Below the pieces are notes generated by a model. It was not told the origin of the DNA, ran no database searches, and was given only the letters and a program-made list of their open reading frames with translations. 64,000 nucleotides of DNA from Candidatus Multivoradales bacterium (GTDB taxonomy: Bacteria; Acidobacteriota; Thermoanaerobaculia; Multivoradales; JAHEKO01), in assembly GCA_965223855.1 (NCBI GenBank), contig CBDCXM010000008.1:576001-640000 (forward strand), given 5' to 3'. Made by a program: the position numbers and the translations under genes. This document shows, one piece after another, positions 21,359 through 30,916 of this stretch (position 1 is the stretch's first letter; every line of letters starts with the position of its first letter).

Positions 21359-23665
21359 ATGTCCGCACAGAGTCGATCCATCGCCTCGCCAGAACGCCCT
21401 CTCCTTGTGCTGGCCCTCCTGCTCGGCGGGTGTTCGCCACAGGAGGCGCCACAGCCCGATATCGGGGCCGAACCCAGAGCCGTCTGGATGACCGAGATGG
21501 AAGAGCTCAACGACGGCCCGTGTGCACCGGGGCAGAAGTACGTTCAGGAGCCGCTCCGCGAGCCGGTGACGATCGCCGGCGTCGACGCCGAGATCGAGAC
21601 CGAGCTCGTCGTTCGGATCCGCGAACGGTGCGTGCCGGTTTGGGTCAGCGAGCCCGAGCCGCATTGGGAGATGCAGACGCTCAGTCTTCGGACCTACGGC
21701 TTTCCCCGCGATCCCGACGAGCCGATCACCGAGGCCGACGCCGACGACCCGCTGAGCTCGAAGATCGCCTGGAGTGCCCCCGGGCCCACCTTCCTGATGG
21801 CACCGGCAAATTCGCCGGGCTCGGGTGACGGGACTCGATTCAGGATGAGGCTCTACAACCGGATGCCCCACGACGGCGACCCCCACGCGTGCAACCCGAG
21901 CTACAAGTGCAACACCAAGGGGCCGAATGCCGGCGTCGATCCTGCGACCGGGGAGTGCAGGGTACCTCCCGATCCGGCCCAGGGCGGCGTACCCGAATTC
22001 GTTCCGAGCCAGGTGGTCGACGGCAAGGTGATCGAGCCGCCCAACTGCTTTCATGGCGACAACTCCACCAACTTCCACTTCCACGGCTTCCACGTGTCGG
22101 CCCAGCTGGGGCAGGACTTCGTCGGCCTCGAGTTGAGACCGCCCCTGTCACCCGGCACCACCGAAGCCGACATGCCGGCTCACGGAACTCATGGCGAGAT
22201 GGGTGCCGTCGCCTACGGCCACTTCGACTTCGACGTCGACCCGCTCCGCTACACCCAGCCGCCGGGTACCCACTGGTACCACGCGCACAAGCACGGCTCG
22301 ACCGCGCTTCAGGTTCTCAACGGACTGGTCGGAACCTTCGAGGTCAGAGGCGAGTTCGATGCAGCTCTCGACGACTTCTACGACCCGCAGGGAGGCCTCG
22401 AGGACCGGTTGATGGTCGTTCAGCAGCTCCAGGAGCGACAGCCCGGCCTCGGAGGCGCGGACCAGAACGGCTCCGTGCTGGTGAACGGTCAGGCGAACCC
22501 GATCGTTCGCATGGCCAGAGGCGAGGTCCAGCGCTGGCGCTTTGTCGGCGCGACGATGCAGGCCTCGGCGGCACTCAGAGTCGGGTTCCCCGAAGTCGAA
22601 GGACGCGAGAGCCCGCAGGTGCGTCAGGTGGCGATGGACGGCGTCCAGTTCTCCCCTCAGAACTACGGCTGCCAGCCCTTCCTCAACAACCCCGACTGCT
22701 CCCCCGAGCCGGACAACAGTGAGTTCGACGAGCTCACTTCGTTCCAACTCTCACCCGGCAACCGGATCGACGTGCTCGTCCAGGCACCGATGGAAGCAGG
22801 GACCCACTGCATGGTTCACGACATCACCACCGAGCTGCACGAGAACGCCCGGCTCAAGATCGGCGCCGCCATGCTGGAGCGGGCCGAGGCCGCCTCCGGC
22901 ACCTGCGGCGTCGACGGTCTCGGGCCGATCTTCACACTCGTCGTCGAAGACCGCGAGAAGCCGATGACCTTCCCGACCGAGGACCAGTTTCCACCCCTTG
23001 CGAGCTACCTCGTGGACATCCCACCCGTGACCGACCCGACGCTCGAGAAAGACGTCTACTACGAGATGGTCAATCAGGGCGACCTCGCGGGCACCCAGTT
23101 CTGGATCAGCCAGCAGAAGTACGACCCCGAGTGCGCCAACGAAACGCTCGTACTCGACCGGCCCGAGCAGTGGACCCTGTGGAACAACAACGGCGCGATC
23201 GCCCACCCCTTCCACATCCATCAGAACCCGTTCCAGCTGCTCTCCGCTTCGGATCGGGTTCCGAGCCGGTTCCGCTACCCGGTGTGGCGGGACACCCTGG
23301 CGATCCCGCGAGCGAAGGCGACCGTGGCGCCCAACTCCGACCCCCGCGATCCGGAGAACCCGTGGGGCAACGCGGAGATCCTCTACGTGGCCAGGGAGTT
23401 CACCGGTCTGTTCGTGAATCACTGCCACATTCTCGGCCACGAGGACCGCGGGATGATGCACAACACCCAGGCCAGCTGTGCCGACGGCACCTGGGGCATC
23501 ACAGGACCGGTACCGCCCGGGGCGGAGTGCGACGAGGAGGGTTTCTGCCCGGGCGACTGCGAGCTCGGGAAAAGGATTCCCGCAGCCGCCGCCTGTGCCG
23601 CGCCGCCCGACCAGCAGTCCGACTGGCCGGAGGCCTACGGCGTGTCGGCGGCGAACCAGCCTTGA
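21359..23665 (+). CDS. Multicopper oxidase (laccase-like) lipoprotein with Cys-rich tail
   Basis: All four Cu-binding motifs present: 'TNFHFHG', 'HWYHAHKH', 'HPFHIH', 'HCHILGHEDRGMM'; lipobox LLGGC. Confidence 0.92.
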   Translation: MSAQSRSIASPERPLLVLALLLGGCSPQEAPQPDIGAEPRAVWMTEMEELNDGPCAPGQKYVQEPLREPVTIAGVDAEIETELVVRIRERCVPVWVSEPEPHWEMQTLSLRTYGFPRDPDEPITEADADDPLSSKIAWSAPGPTFLMAPANSPGSGDGTRFRMRLYNRMPHDGDPHACNPSYKCNTKGPNAGVDPATGECRVPPDPAQGGVPEFVPSQVVDGKVIEPPNCFHGDNSTNFHFHGFHVSAQLGQDFVGLELRPPLSPGTTEADMPAHGTHGEMGAVAYGHFDFDVDPLRYTQPPGTHWYHAHKHGSTALQVLNGLVGTFEVRGEFDAALDDFYDPQGGLEDRLMVVQQLQERQPGLGGADQNGSVLVNGQANPIVRMARGEVQRWRFVGATMQASAALRVGFPEVEGRESPQVRQVAMDGVQFSPQNYGCQPFLNNPDCSPEPDNSEFDELTSFQLSPGNRIDVLVQAPMEAGTHCMVHDITTELHENARLKIGAAMLERAEAASGTCGVDGLGPIFTLVVEDREKPMTFPTEDQFPPLASYLVDIPPVTDPTLEKDVYYEMVNQGDLAGTQFWISQQKYDPECANETLVLDRPEQWTLWNNNGAIAHPFHIHQNPFQLLSASDRVPSRFRYPVWRDTLAIPRAKATVAPNSDPRDPENPWGNAEILYVAREFTGLFVNHCHILGHEDRGMMHNTQASCADGTWGITGPVPPGAECDEEGFCPGDCELGKRIPAAAACAAPPDQQSDWPEAYGVSAANQP

Positions 23666-23700
23666 CGGTCCTGCAGCGGGAAACTGGCGAGAGGTTCAGG

Positions 23701-25764
23701 CTAGCGACTGCGAACCTCGAGCCCGAGAGTCACGGTCCGACCCGGCGAGGGAAAGCCGATCGACTGCACGAAATCCTCGTCGAGGGCGTTCGCCACCCGG
23801 CAGTGGATTCGCAGCCGATCGTCGCGGAGCGACTGCCTCAGCACCAGGTCGAGCGTCAGGTAGTCGTCGAGCCGTGCGGCTCGAACCGGCTCGTTTCGGG
23901 TGAGGGCGTAGTTTCCCGCTACGTAGGTCGTGCCCACACGCAGCCCGAGGCCCCGAGCCGTCTCGTGGTCGAAGGCCGCATCGAGCTTGTGCTCCGGCTG
24001 ATTCTGAAGGAGGGTCGTGGTGGCCCCGGGTGAGCGGTTCTCGGCATCAAGGTAGGCATAGCTCCAGCGCCAGGCGGTTCCCGGTCCCGGCCCCAGGCGG
24101 TGACTCCCCTCCACCTCGATCCCGCGCAGGAGCGTCTGAGCGAAGTTCCTCAGGATGTCGCCGGGCGTGCGTTGGATGAAGTCGTCGGCCTCGGTGCTGA
24201 AGAGCGACAGACTCATCCGGGAGCGGCCGCTGCGACTGGTGAAACGCCATCCGACTTCGAAGCTCGTCGTCTCCTCCGCGGTGAGATCGGGATTGCCGCG
24301 GTCGGTGGCGTAGAGATCCCGCAACGTCGGGAAGCGAACCCGCCGTCCTGCCATCGCACGAAGCGTCTGCCGCTCGCCGACCACGCGAGTGACGGCGGCG
24401 AGCAGGTTCCACCCTTCGTCACTCTCCGTCTCCCGACGATCCTGGATCGCGTAGCCGCCCCCCACGGCCCACGAGAAGCGAGCGGACGATGCCGTCTCGT
24501 GCTCCGCCGCGATCGATGAGACCCGAACCGATCGATCCTCGTCGAGCCTCTGCACCTGAGGCGCACCGCCTGCACCTCCACCTCCGCCGCCTCCACCTCC
24601 GCCGCCACCGCCGGCCACGAGCTCGAAGCCGGAGGCGACCCAACGCTCCTCGCGCAGGTCGAAGGCCCAGGTCAGGAGCCGTTCGCGCCGCAGATCGAGC
24701 TCCGTCTGCACACCGACACCGAGGATGTCGACCTCGGCGTCCTCATGGAAGGCGCCGGCCGCATCCTGAGTCGAGAAGGTGGCGTCGTCCCAGGCGTCGG
24801 TCCGCTCCTTCGCACGGTTGAGGAAGAGCGAGGGGCGCCACGTGACCCGTCCCCTCTGCCAGGAGGAGGCGGCGTGGAGCGAGAGCGCCTCGTGGTCGAC
24901 GCGCTCGAAGCGGGCACGCGGGGCGAAGTCGGAGAACCTGAAGTCTTCGGTGACCGGAGGCTTTCCCCGGTCACCCGCGCGCAGGCTCAGGTTGATGCCG
25001 AAGCTGCTGCGGTCGTCCGTCTCGCCGGTCCAGCTCAGGAACGCCGAGCGATCCGTCCGGTCACTGTTGAGCCTCTCACCGCCGTCCTCGAGGCTCGTCG
25101 GCTGGAAATCCGCGGAGAGCTCGAAGGCGTCCTGGTCGAACAGACGTCCGCTGGCGAGCCAGCCGCCCCGTGAGGATCGACGCGAGCCGCGAAAACGACC
25201 GTCCACCGCAGAATCGCTCCCCACCTCGAAGCGGACCATGCCGGTCGTACCGTCCGGCGCAGCGCGGGTGATGACATTGAGGACCCCCCCGTTGCCGCCG
25301 GGGCCGTAGAGCACCGAGCTCGCACCGCGCGTCAACTTGATCTGCGCGACGTTGTCGACAGCGACGGTGGCGGGGTCGAACAGACCGTTGAACGAGGAGT
25401 TGAGCGGAACGCCGTCGAGGAGCAGGAGCACGTTGCGCGTTCGCAGGCCGCGAATGTCGACGAGCGGAACACCCTCCGCACCGGTGCGAACGAAGACGCC
25501 GGGGAGGTGATCGATCGCCTGGTCCAGGCTGGCCGCGGCGGCGCGCGTCATCTCGTCCGCCGTGACCAGCGAGACCTGAGCGCTGGACTCGACCACGCGC
25601 GACGTCTTTCCGGTCACTACGATCTCGCCGAACTCGTAGAGAGGCGGCTCCTCGACGGCCACCGGCGGCGTGCCTCCCGACTGTGCTCCGAGCGCCGACG
25701 CACAGAGGGCGGCCGCCCCCAGAGCCGTCAGGCGACTGCTCCCGAACCTCCGAATGAGTGGCAT
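23701..25764 (-). CDS. TonB-dependent receptor
   Basis: Signal peptide, TonB box-like 'EIVVTG', plug 'IRGL...LLLLDGVP', 'RGASSVLYG..GNGGVLNVIT', 'GNPDLTAE', C-terminal 'VANALDEDF...PGRTV'. Confidence 0.93.
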   Translation of the reverse strand: MPLIRRFGSSRLTALGAAALCASALGAQSGGTPPVAVEEPPLYEFGEIVVTGKTSRVVESSAQVSLVTADEMTRAAAASLDQAIDHLPGVFVRTGAEGVPLVDIRGLRTRNVLLLLDGVPLNSSFNGLFDPATVAVDNVAQIKLTRGASSVLYGPGGNGGVLNVITRAAPDGTTGMVRFEVGSDSAVDGRFRGSRRSSRGGWLASGRLFDQDAFELSADFQPTSLEDGGERLNSDRTDRSAFLSWTGETDDRSSFGINLSLRAGDRGKPPVTEDFRFSDFAPRARFERVDHEALSLHAASSWQRGRVTWRPSLFLNRAKERTDAWDDATFSTQDAAGAFHEDAEVDILGVGVQTELDLRRERLLTWAFDLREERWVASGFELVAGGGGGGGGGGGGGAGGAPQVQRLDEDRSVRVSSIAAEHETASSARFSWAVGGGYAIQDRRETESDEGWNLLAAVTRVVGERQTLRAMAGRRVRFPTLRDLYATDRGNPDLTAEETTSFEVGWRFTSRSGRSRMSLSLFSTEADDFIQRTPGDILRNFAQTLLRGIEVEGSHRLGPGPGTAWRWSYAYLDAENRSPGATTTLLQNQPEHKLDAAFDHETARGLGLRVGTTYVAGNYALTRNEPVRAARLDDYLTLDLVLRQSLRDDRLRIHCRVANALDEDFVQSIGFPSPGRTVTLGLEVRSR

Positions 25765-25892
25765 GAGCGCATAATACTCGCCCGCTGCCCGGTTCCCTCG
25801 TCCCGCTGCGCCTCGCCCACCCGCGGAGCCAAGTCGAACGTTCCGCCCGCTGCAGTCGCACTGCAGTCTCCACATGGCGGTAACCTACCGAT

Positions 25893-27518
25893 ATGTTCGA
25901 TCCTCACTGGCGCGAACGCAGTCTCTCCGCTCTCGACCGCACCTTCGACGTCGTCGTCATCGGCGGCGGGATCACCGGTTGCGGCGTCTTCTTCGATGCC
26001 GCCCAGCGCGGACTCTCGACGCTGCTGCTCGAACGCGCCGATATCGCCTCCGGTACGTCGTCGCGCTCCTCCAAGCTGGTGCACGGCGGCCTTCGCTATC
26101 TCAAGCAGATGCACTTCCGCATCACCGCGACAGCGGCGCGCGAGCGCGACCGCATGGCGGTGCTCAACCCGCTGCTCGTCGAGCCGCTGCGCTTCGTCTA
26201 CCCGGCGAACAAGGGCGACAAGATGCCGAGCTGGCAGGTCGATCTCGGCCTGTGGATGTACGACCGGTTGACTCGCAAGCGGCATCGCCATCGCCATCTC
26301 GAGGCCGAGGATCTCGAGCGCCTGGTCCCGGGGATGGCGACCGAGGATCTCGATCAGGCGTTCTCGTACGGCGACGCCCGGACCGACGACGCGCGGCTCA
26401 CCCTCGCGGTCGCCGCCACCGGGTACGCCTACGGCGGCTACCTGCTCACCCGTGCCGCGGTGCGCGACCTGACCCGTCGTGCCGGCGGCCGCATTGACGG
26501 TGTCGTCGTCGAAGACCTCGAGACCGGCCGCTCCCACGAGGTCAAGGCCAGGGTGGTGGTCAATGCCGCAGGGGTCTGGGCCGACGATCTACGCCAGAGG
26601 GCGGATCTCGGTGAGCCGCGGGTCCGTCCCTCGAGGGGGATTCACCTGGTTTTCCCCACCGCGCGCCTGCCGGTGCATGCGGCGGCGATGGTGCCCTCTC
26701 CCGACGACGCGCGACCGATCTTCCTGATCCCCCATCCGGAGGGCGTCCTCGTCGGCACCACCGACATCTACCACGACGGTCCCCGCGACGATCCGCGTCC
26801 GACCCGGGCCGAGGTGGACTACCTCGTGCGCGCCATGGCGACCCATTTCCCCGACCACGGACTGACGACCGACGACGTGGTGGGGGTCTTCGCCGGGCTG
26901 CGGCCGATCCTCGACAGCCACACCGACAACCCCTCGGACGCCAGTCGCGAAGAGGACATCTGGGAGGAACAGGGAATGGTGTCGGTCGCCGGCGGCAAGC
27001 TGACGACCTGGCGGACGACCGCCGAAGAGGTCGTCGACGAAGTGCTGCGCTACCTGCCGGACGAGGTCGAGAGCGAGGCCAACCGGTGCTACACCGGGGG
27101 AACCCCGCTGGTCGGCTATGCGCCGCCCGACCTCGGAGAGCGGCTCGAGCAGCTGCACGGGCTCGAGGCGCCGGTAGCCCGGGCGATGGCCCGGCGGCTG
27201 CGCAGGGACGCCCTGTGGGCGCCCCATCTCGCTCGCGATCCCCGGGAGCTGCGCCCGCTCGTCGACGGCACCGACCTGAGTGCGGCCGAGGTCCGCTGCC
27301 ACCTCACCCACGGCGCCGTGGTCCACCTCGAGGACCTGCTGCTGCGGCGGGCCCGGCTGGCGATGTGGCAGCCGGAGACGGCTCTCGAACTGGCACCGCT
27401 GACGCGCCCTCTGTTCGAGCAGGAGCTCGGCTGGAGTTCCTCTCGCTGGGACCGCGAGCTGGAGCAGTTCGAAGCGGCCGCCGAGGCGTGGTCGCCTCGC
27501 GGGGTTCTCGACGGCTGA
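25893..27518 (+). CDS. glpD: FAD-dependent glycerol-3-phosphate dehydrogenase/oxidase
   Basis: 'VIGGGITG', 'SGTSSRSSKLVHGGLRYL', 'DDARL', 'GTTD', 'AGLRP', 'GGKLTT'. Confidence 0.9.
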   Translation: MFDPHWRERSLSALDRTFDVVVIGGGITGCGVFFDAAQRGLSTLLLERADIASGTSSRSSKLVHGGLRYLKQMHFRITATAARERDRMAVLNPLLVEPLRFVYPANKGDKMPSWQVDLGLWMYDRLTRKRHRHRHLEAEDLERLVPGMATEDLDQAFSYGDARTDDARLTLAVAATGYAYGGYLLTRAAVRDLTRRAGGRIDGVVVEDLETGRSHEVKARVVVNAAGVWADDLRQRADLGEPRVRPSRGIHLVFPTARLPVHAAAMVPSPDDARPIFLIPHPEGVLVGTTDIYHDGPRDDPRPTRAEVDYLVRAMATHFPDHGLTTDDVVGVFAGLRPILDSHTDNPSDASREEDIWEEQGMVSVAGGKLTTWRTTAEEVVDEVLRYLPDEVESEANRCYTGGTPLVGYAPPDLGERLEQLHGLEAPVARAMARRLRRDALWAPHLARDPRELRPLVDGTDLSAAEVRCHLTHGAVVHLEDLLLRRARLAMWQPETALELAPLTRPLFEQELGWSSSRWDRELEQFEAAAEAWSPRGVLDG

Positions 27519-27593
27519 CGCGAGGGCCGGTACGCGCGATCCGACGCTCCGGGAATCGGACCACGGCAGGAGTGGTTCCCTCCACGGGAGACG

Positions 27594-27619
27594 GCAACCT
27601 GACGTCGATCTCCCTCGTA
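27594..27619 (+). promoter_or_regulatory. Weak candidate ECF promoter (GCAACC-N16-CGTA)
   Basis: Same spacing as the motif at 32310-32335; lies about 80 nt upstream of the CDS at 27698. Confidence 0.3.
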
Positions 27620-27697
27620 CCACTCCCAAGCCACCCTCTCGATCCCGAAACCCGAGGCGCGGATCGTCGATTGACGCAGCACCTGGAGGACATCGCA

Positions 27698-28861
27698 ATG
27701 ACGAGCACCGCCTCGCCCCTTCGCCGCCTCGGTCTCAGCTCCCTCACCGTCGCGCTGCTGGCACTGGCGCCGGCCCTGGCCCGGCCGGCCGACGCCACCG
27801 ACGGCTACCGCTTCGACCCCGGCGCACTCCGCTCGACCCCGGCCGACGGCGCTCCCGAAGCGACCGCCGGCCTCGCACCGCTCGTCGGTCGGTGGGCGGT
27901 GACACTGGAAGAGAGTGCCGGCGAGGAGACCTCTCGAAGAAGCTGCAGCGCACAGATCTCGTACGTCAACCGGGGACACGGCTTCTTCGAGCGGCTGCAC
28001 TGTCCGCGGGGCGACGACGAGGGCGCTCGCAGCTTTGACTCGATCGTCCTAGTCGCCTTCGACTCGGGACGCGATCTGTGGGCGCGCGGCGAAGCCGATA
28101 GCTCGAGCGAGAGCATCCGCATCACGACCGGAGCGTTCGACGGCGACAGGCTCGTGCTGCACGACGCAGGCCGCCCGGGCGGGGCAGGCGCGGTGACCTT
28201 CTGGCGGGACACCGTCTCGCCGGTCGCTCAGGGCGCCTTCACCGTCACCCGCGAACGCTCCCTGGACCAGGCCGGATGGCAGCCGGTCTGGCGACGCAGC
28301 TATCGGCGCTCCGAGGAAGACCGTCCACCGGAGACTTCGCCGACCGACTTCGGCACACCTGATCCCGACCGCCCCGCAGCGGCCGCCGCCTTCGACTTCC
28401 TGATCGGGCATCGACAGGCGAGCCACACCATGACGCTCCCCGACGGCAACACGGTGCAGTGGCCCTCGACGACGACGGCGATCCACACCCTCGGCGGGCG
28501 GGCGATTCTCGAGTTCGACTGGTTCGACCTCGATCCGCGCCTGCCGGACGCGGCGACGACGATCGTGCGCATCTACAACCGCGCCATGCGCCGCTGGGAG
28601 TCGCTCTATCTATCGAACCGCGGCAACGGCATGCTCCACTTCGGCGGCCGTCAGGAGGGCGACGAGATCGTGCTGACCAACTTCGGGACCGATACCTCCG
28701 TCGCACCGATTTCTCACTACGTCTTTCACGGCATCGAAGACGACCGCTACGACTGGTACGCCGAATCGAGCAGCGATCGGGGAGCCACGTTCCAGAAGAC
28801 CTGGATCATTGAGGTGCGTCTCTTCCCGCCCGCGGATCCACCCGTCGACCCTGAGGGGTAG
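27698..28861 (+). CDS. Secreted protein with two tandem DUF1579-like beta-barrel domains
   Basis: GGAGG RBS and signal peptide. Domain 1 'LAPLVGRW...SLDQAGWQ'; domain 2 'FDFLIG...IYN....W...SSDRGATF'. Confidence 0.7.
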   Translation: MTSTASPLRRLGLSSLTVALLALAPALARPADATDGYRFDPGALRSTPADGAPEATAGLAPLVGRWAVTLEESAGEETSRRSCSAQISYVNRGHGFFERLHCPRGDDEGARSFDSIVLVAFDSGRDLWARGEADSSSESIRITTGAFDGDRLVLHDAGRPGGAGAVTFWRDTVSPVAQGAFTVTRERSLDQAGWQPVWRRSYRRSEEDRPPETSPTDFGTPDPDRPAAAAAFDFLIGHRQASHTMTLPDGNTVQWPSTTTAIHTLGGRAILEFDWFDLDPRLPDAATTIVRIYNRAMRRWESLYLSNRGNGMLHFGGRQEGDEIVLTNFGTDTSVAPISHYVFHGIEDDRYDWYAESSSDRGATFQKTWIIEVRLFPPADPPVDPEG

Positions 28862-28942
28862 CGCCGTCATCGCCGGCCCCTCGTGTTCCAGGGGCGATCG
28901 CACGGGCGAGCCGGCCTGCATCGCCAGCGCCACTGTTCTCTC

Positions 28943-29037
28943 GGCCGTGGGCTGCTGACGATTCGAGGCTTCCGGTCACGAGCACCACAGTCAAAGCCGC
29001 AGCGACGTTTAGCAGGAGCGCGAGAACTTCAGGCTAG
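28943..29037 (+). repeat. Degenerate, internally deleted copy of the CTAG-ended repeat
   Basis: 'ggccgtgggctgctgacgattcgaggcttccggtcacgagcacc' matches 32142-32186, and the segment ends in 'gagaacttcaggctag'. Confidence 0.65.
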
Positions 29038-29050
29038 GATCGCCTCGCCC

Positions 29051-30823
29051 ATGCCTCGACGAAGCCTGCTGGTCACGCTGCTGGCCGCTTTCGGATGCTC
29101 GCGCGAGCCCTCCTTCCGCGACGTCCAGAAGGGGGAGATCGAGCTCGACGCCTCCGAACAGGTGGCGATCGAGCGCCTCCTCGACGAGAGCGACCTGAAA
29201 GCGAGCGAGCTGCGCCTGGCCGTCCCTGACGCTGTCGGCTCGACCCCGGCAGACTCATCCGCAACCCAACCGCCCGCGCCGAGCGTGACGATCGACGCGG
29301 GTCACGTCGTCCGTCTGTCGATCGATCGCGAAGTTCGCGAGCCTGCTCTCCTGGCACCCTTCGCTCGCCTGCGAGAGCTGAGGCTCGGCAGGCCTGAGTT
29401 CGCCGACCTCCAGCGGTTCGGCTCTCACCCCGAACTCGTCACGATGCGTCTCGGCGGCTGGTTCGGGTCGGTAGCGAGCCTCGCGGGGCTCGAAGGGTGC
29501 GACTCGCTCGAGGTGCTCCAGGTGCGGGGTCCGCTCGCGGACCTCTCGCCGCTGGGCAAGTGTTCGAACCTTCGCGAGCTGCATCTCGAGCGGGGCGCCC
29601 TGACGAGTCTCGAGACCCTCCCCCGTTCCGATGCGCTTCGCTCGATCACCCTTGCCTCGGGGGAGCTCGAGTCTCTCGCCGGTCTCGAGGCGGCTACGGC
29701 GCTCGAAACCCTCACCCTCGCCGATCTGGACCTCCTCACGACCCTCGCGACCTTGCCGTCGCTGGAAGCGCTACGGGAGTTGACCGTCCATCGCGGCGGA
29801 CTGACGACCCTCGCGGGGCTGCCGCCGCTGCCGTCGCTCGAGACGCTAACCGTCGCGGACGCGCCGCTGGCCGATCCAGGCGACTTCGGCCGCCGGGGCG
29901 CCGCCTGGCCTCGGCTGCGGACGCTCGAGCTGACTGACGGCGAACTCACCGGCGCCGTCCAGCTCGACTCGTTCGACGCTCTCGAGCAGCTCGACCTCAG
30001 CGGGAACGCCGTCACGGCTCTGACCCTGGCTCCGCAGCCGCAACTCACCAGCCTTTCGCTCGCGAACACCCGTTCGAGCGATCTGTCAGGCCTCGGCAGG
30101 CAGCCTCGTCTCGAGACCGTCGACCTCAACGCCACGCCGGTTCGGGATCTCACACCTCTGCTGGAACTGCCGGCGCTTCGTTATCTCGACATTCTCGACA
30201 GCGAGGTCGGCGAGGTGCCTCGCGGTCTGCTCGAGCGGGCGGTCGCGATTCGCCGCGACGAGGCTCAGGTCGAGGCCAACCAATGGGAGCAGACCCTGCG
30301 CGAAGCGTGGGAGGAAGAGGGCTTCCTCGAGCACCTTCCCTCAGGCGGCGGCGGGAGCGTTCGGCGCCATCGGAGCCGCTGTCGCTGGATCGCCGGGACC
30401 TTTCGCGACCCCAGGCTGTCCTGCGACAACAGCGCCGAGTCACTCGCCGGCTTCGTCTGGGTCCCGCTGGTCCGGGTCGATCCTCTGCGACCTGCCTCCG
30501 GCGGCCCCAACCAGGTCCGAGTCCGCGTGACACTGGAGGTCGAGGAGGGAACGGCCCGGGTCTACGTCCGCGATCGGATCGATTTCCGCGGGCTGGCCGA
30601 GGCGCTCGCCGGCTACCACGACTCCTCCGGGCCGATGATCTCGTTCGGCGATCAGAGGGACCCGGAGGACTACCGCGACGGCTATCGATTCGCCGAAGCG
30701 CGCCCGGGAGAGCCCGGCATCGTCAGCGGCGAGGCGGCCTTGCTGGTCGATCAGTGGGTGATCTGGCTCGAGTCAGTCGATGGCCCGGCTCGCGGTGTCT
30801 CGTACAAGGTCGAGCCGCGCTAG
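29051..30823 (+). CDS. Leucine-rich repeat lipoprotein
   Basis: Lipobox 'LAAFGC'; many LxxLxL repeats (LRELHL, LETLTL, LEQLDLSGN); non-LRR C-terminal domain. Confidence 0.85.
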   Translation: MPRRSLLVTLLAAFGCSREPSFRDVQKGEIELDASEQVAIERLLDESDLKASELRLAVPDAVGSTPADSSATQPPAPSVTIDAGHVVRLSIDREVREPALLAPFARLRELRLGRPEFADLQRFGSHPELVTMRLGGWFGSVASLAGLEGCDSLEVLQVRGPLADLSPLGKCSNLRELHLERGALTSLETLPRSDALRSITLASGELESLAGLEAATALETLTLADLDLLTTLATLPSLEALRELTVHRGGLTTLAGLPPLPSLETLTVADAPLADPGDFGRRGAAWPRLRTLELTDGELTGAVQLDSFDALEQLDLSGNAVTALTLAPQPQLTSLSLANTRSSDLSGLGRQPRLETVDLNATPVRDLTPLLELPALRYLDILDSEVGEVPRGLLERAVAIRRDEAQVEANQWEQTLREAWEEEGFLEHLPSGGGGSVRRHRSRCRWIAGTFRDPRLSCDNSAESLAGFVWVPLVRVDPLRPASGGPNQVRVRVTLEVEEGTARVYVRDRIDFRGLAEALAGYHDSSGPMISFGDQRDPEDYRDGYRFAEARPGEPGIVSGEAALLVDQWVIWLESVDGPARGVSYKVEPR

Positions 30824-30916
30824 CGGCCTGTTCTGCTAGTTTCGTCTACACCGGAACCGCAGTTGTCGAAGGCGTCTTCTCTCCTCCAAGAGGGAGCGCC
30901 GTGGGAGGAGAGCGCG

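Noticed and set aside
25765-25892. Cobalamin or TPP riboswitch upstream of the TonB receptor
   Set aside because: The intergenic region is short and shows no conserved riboswitch boxes.
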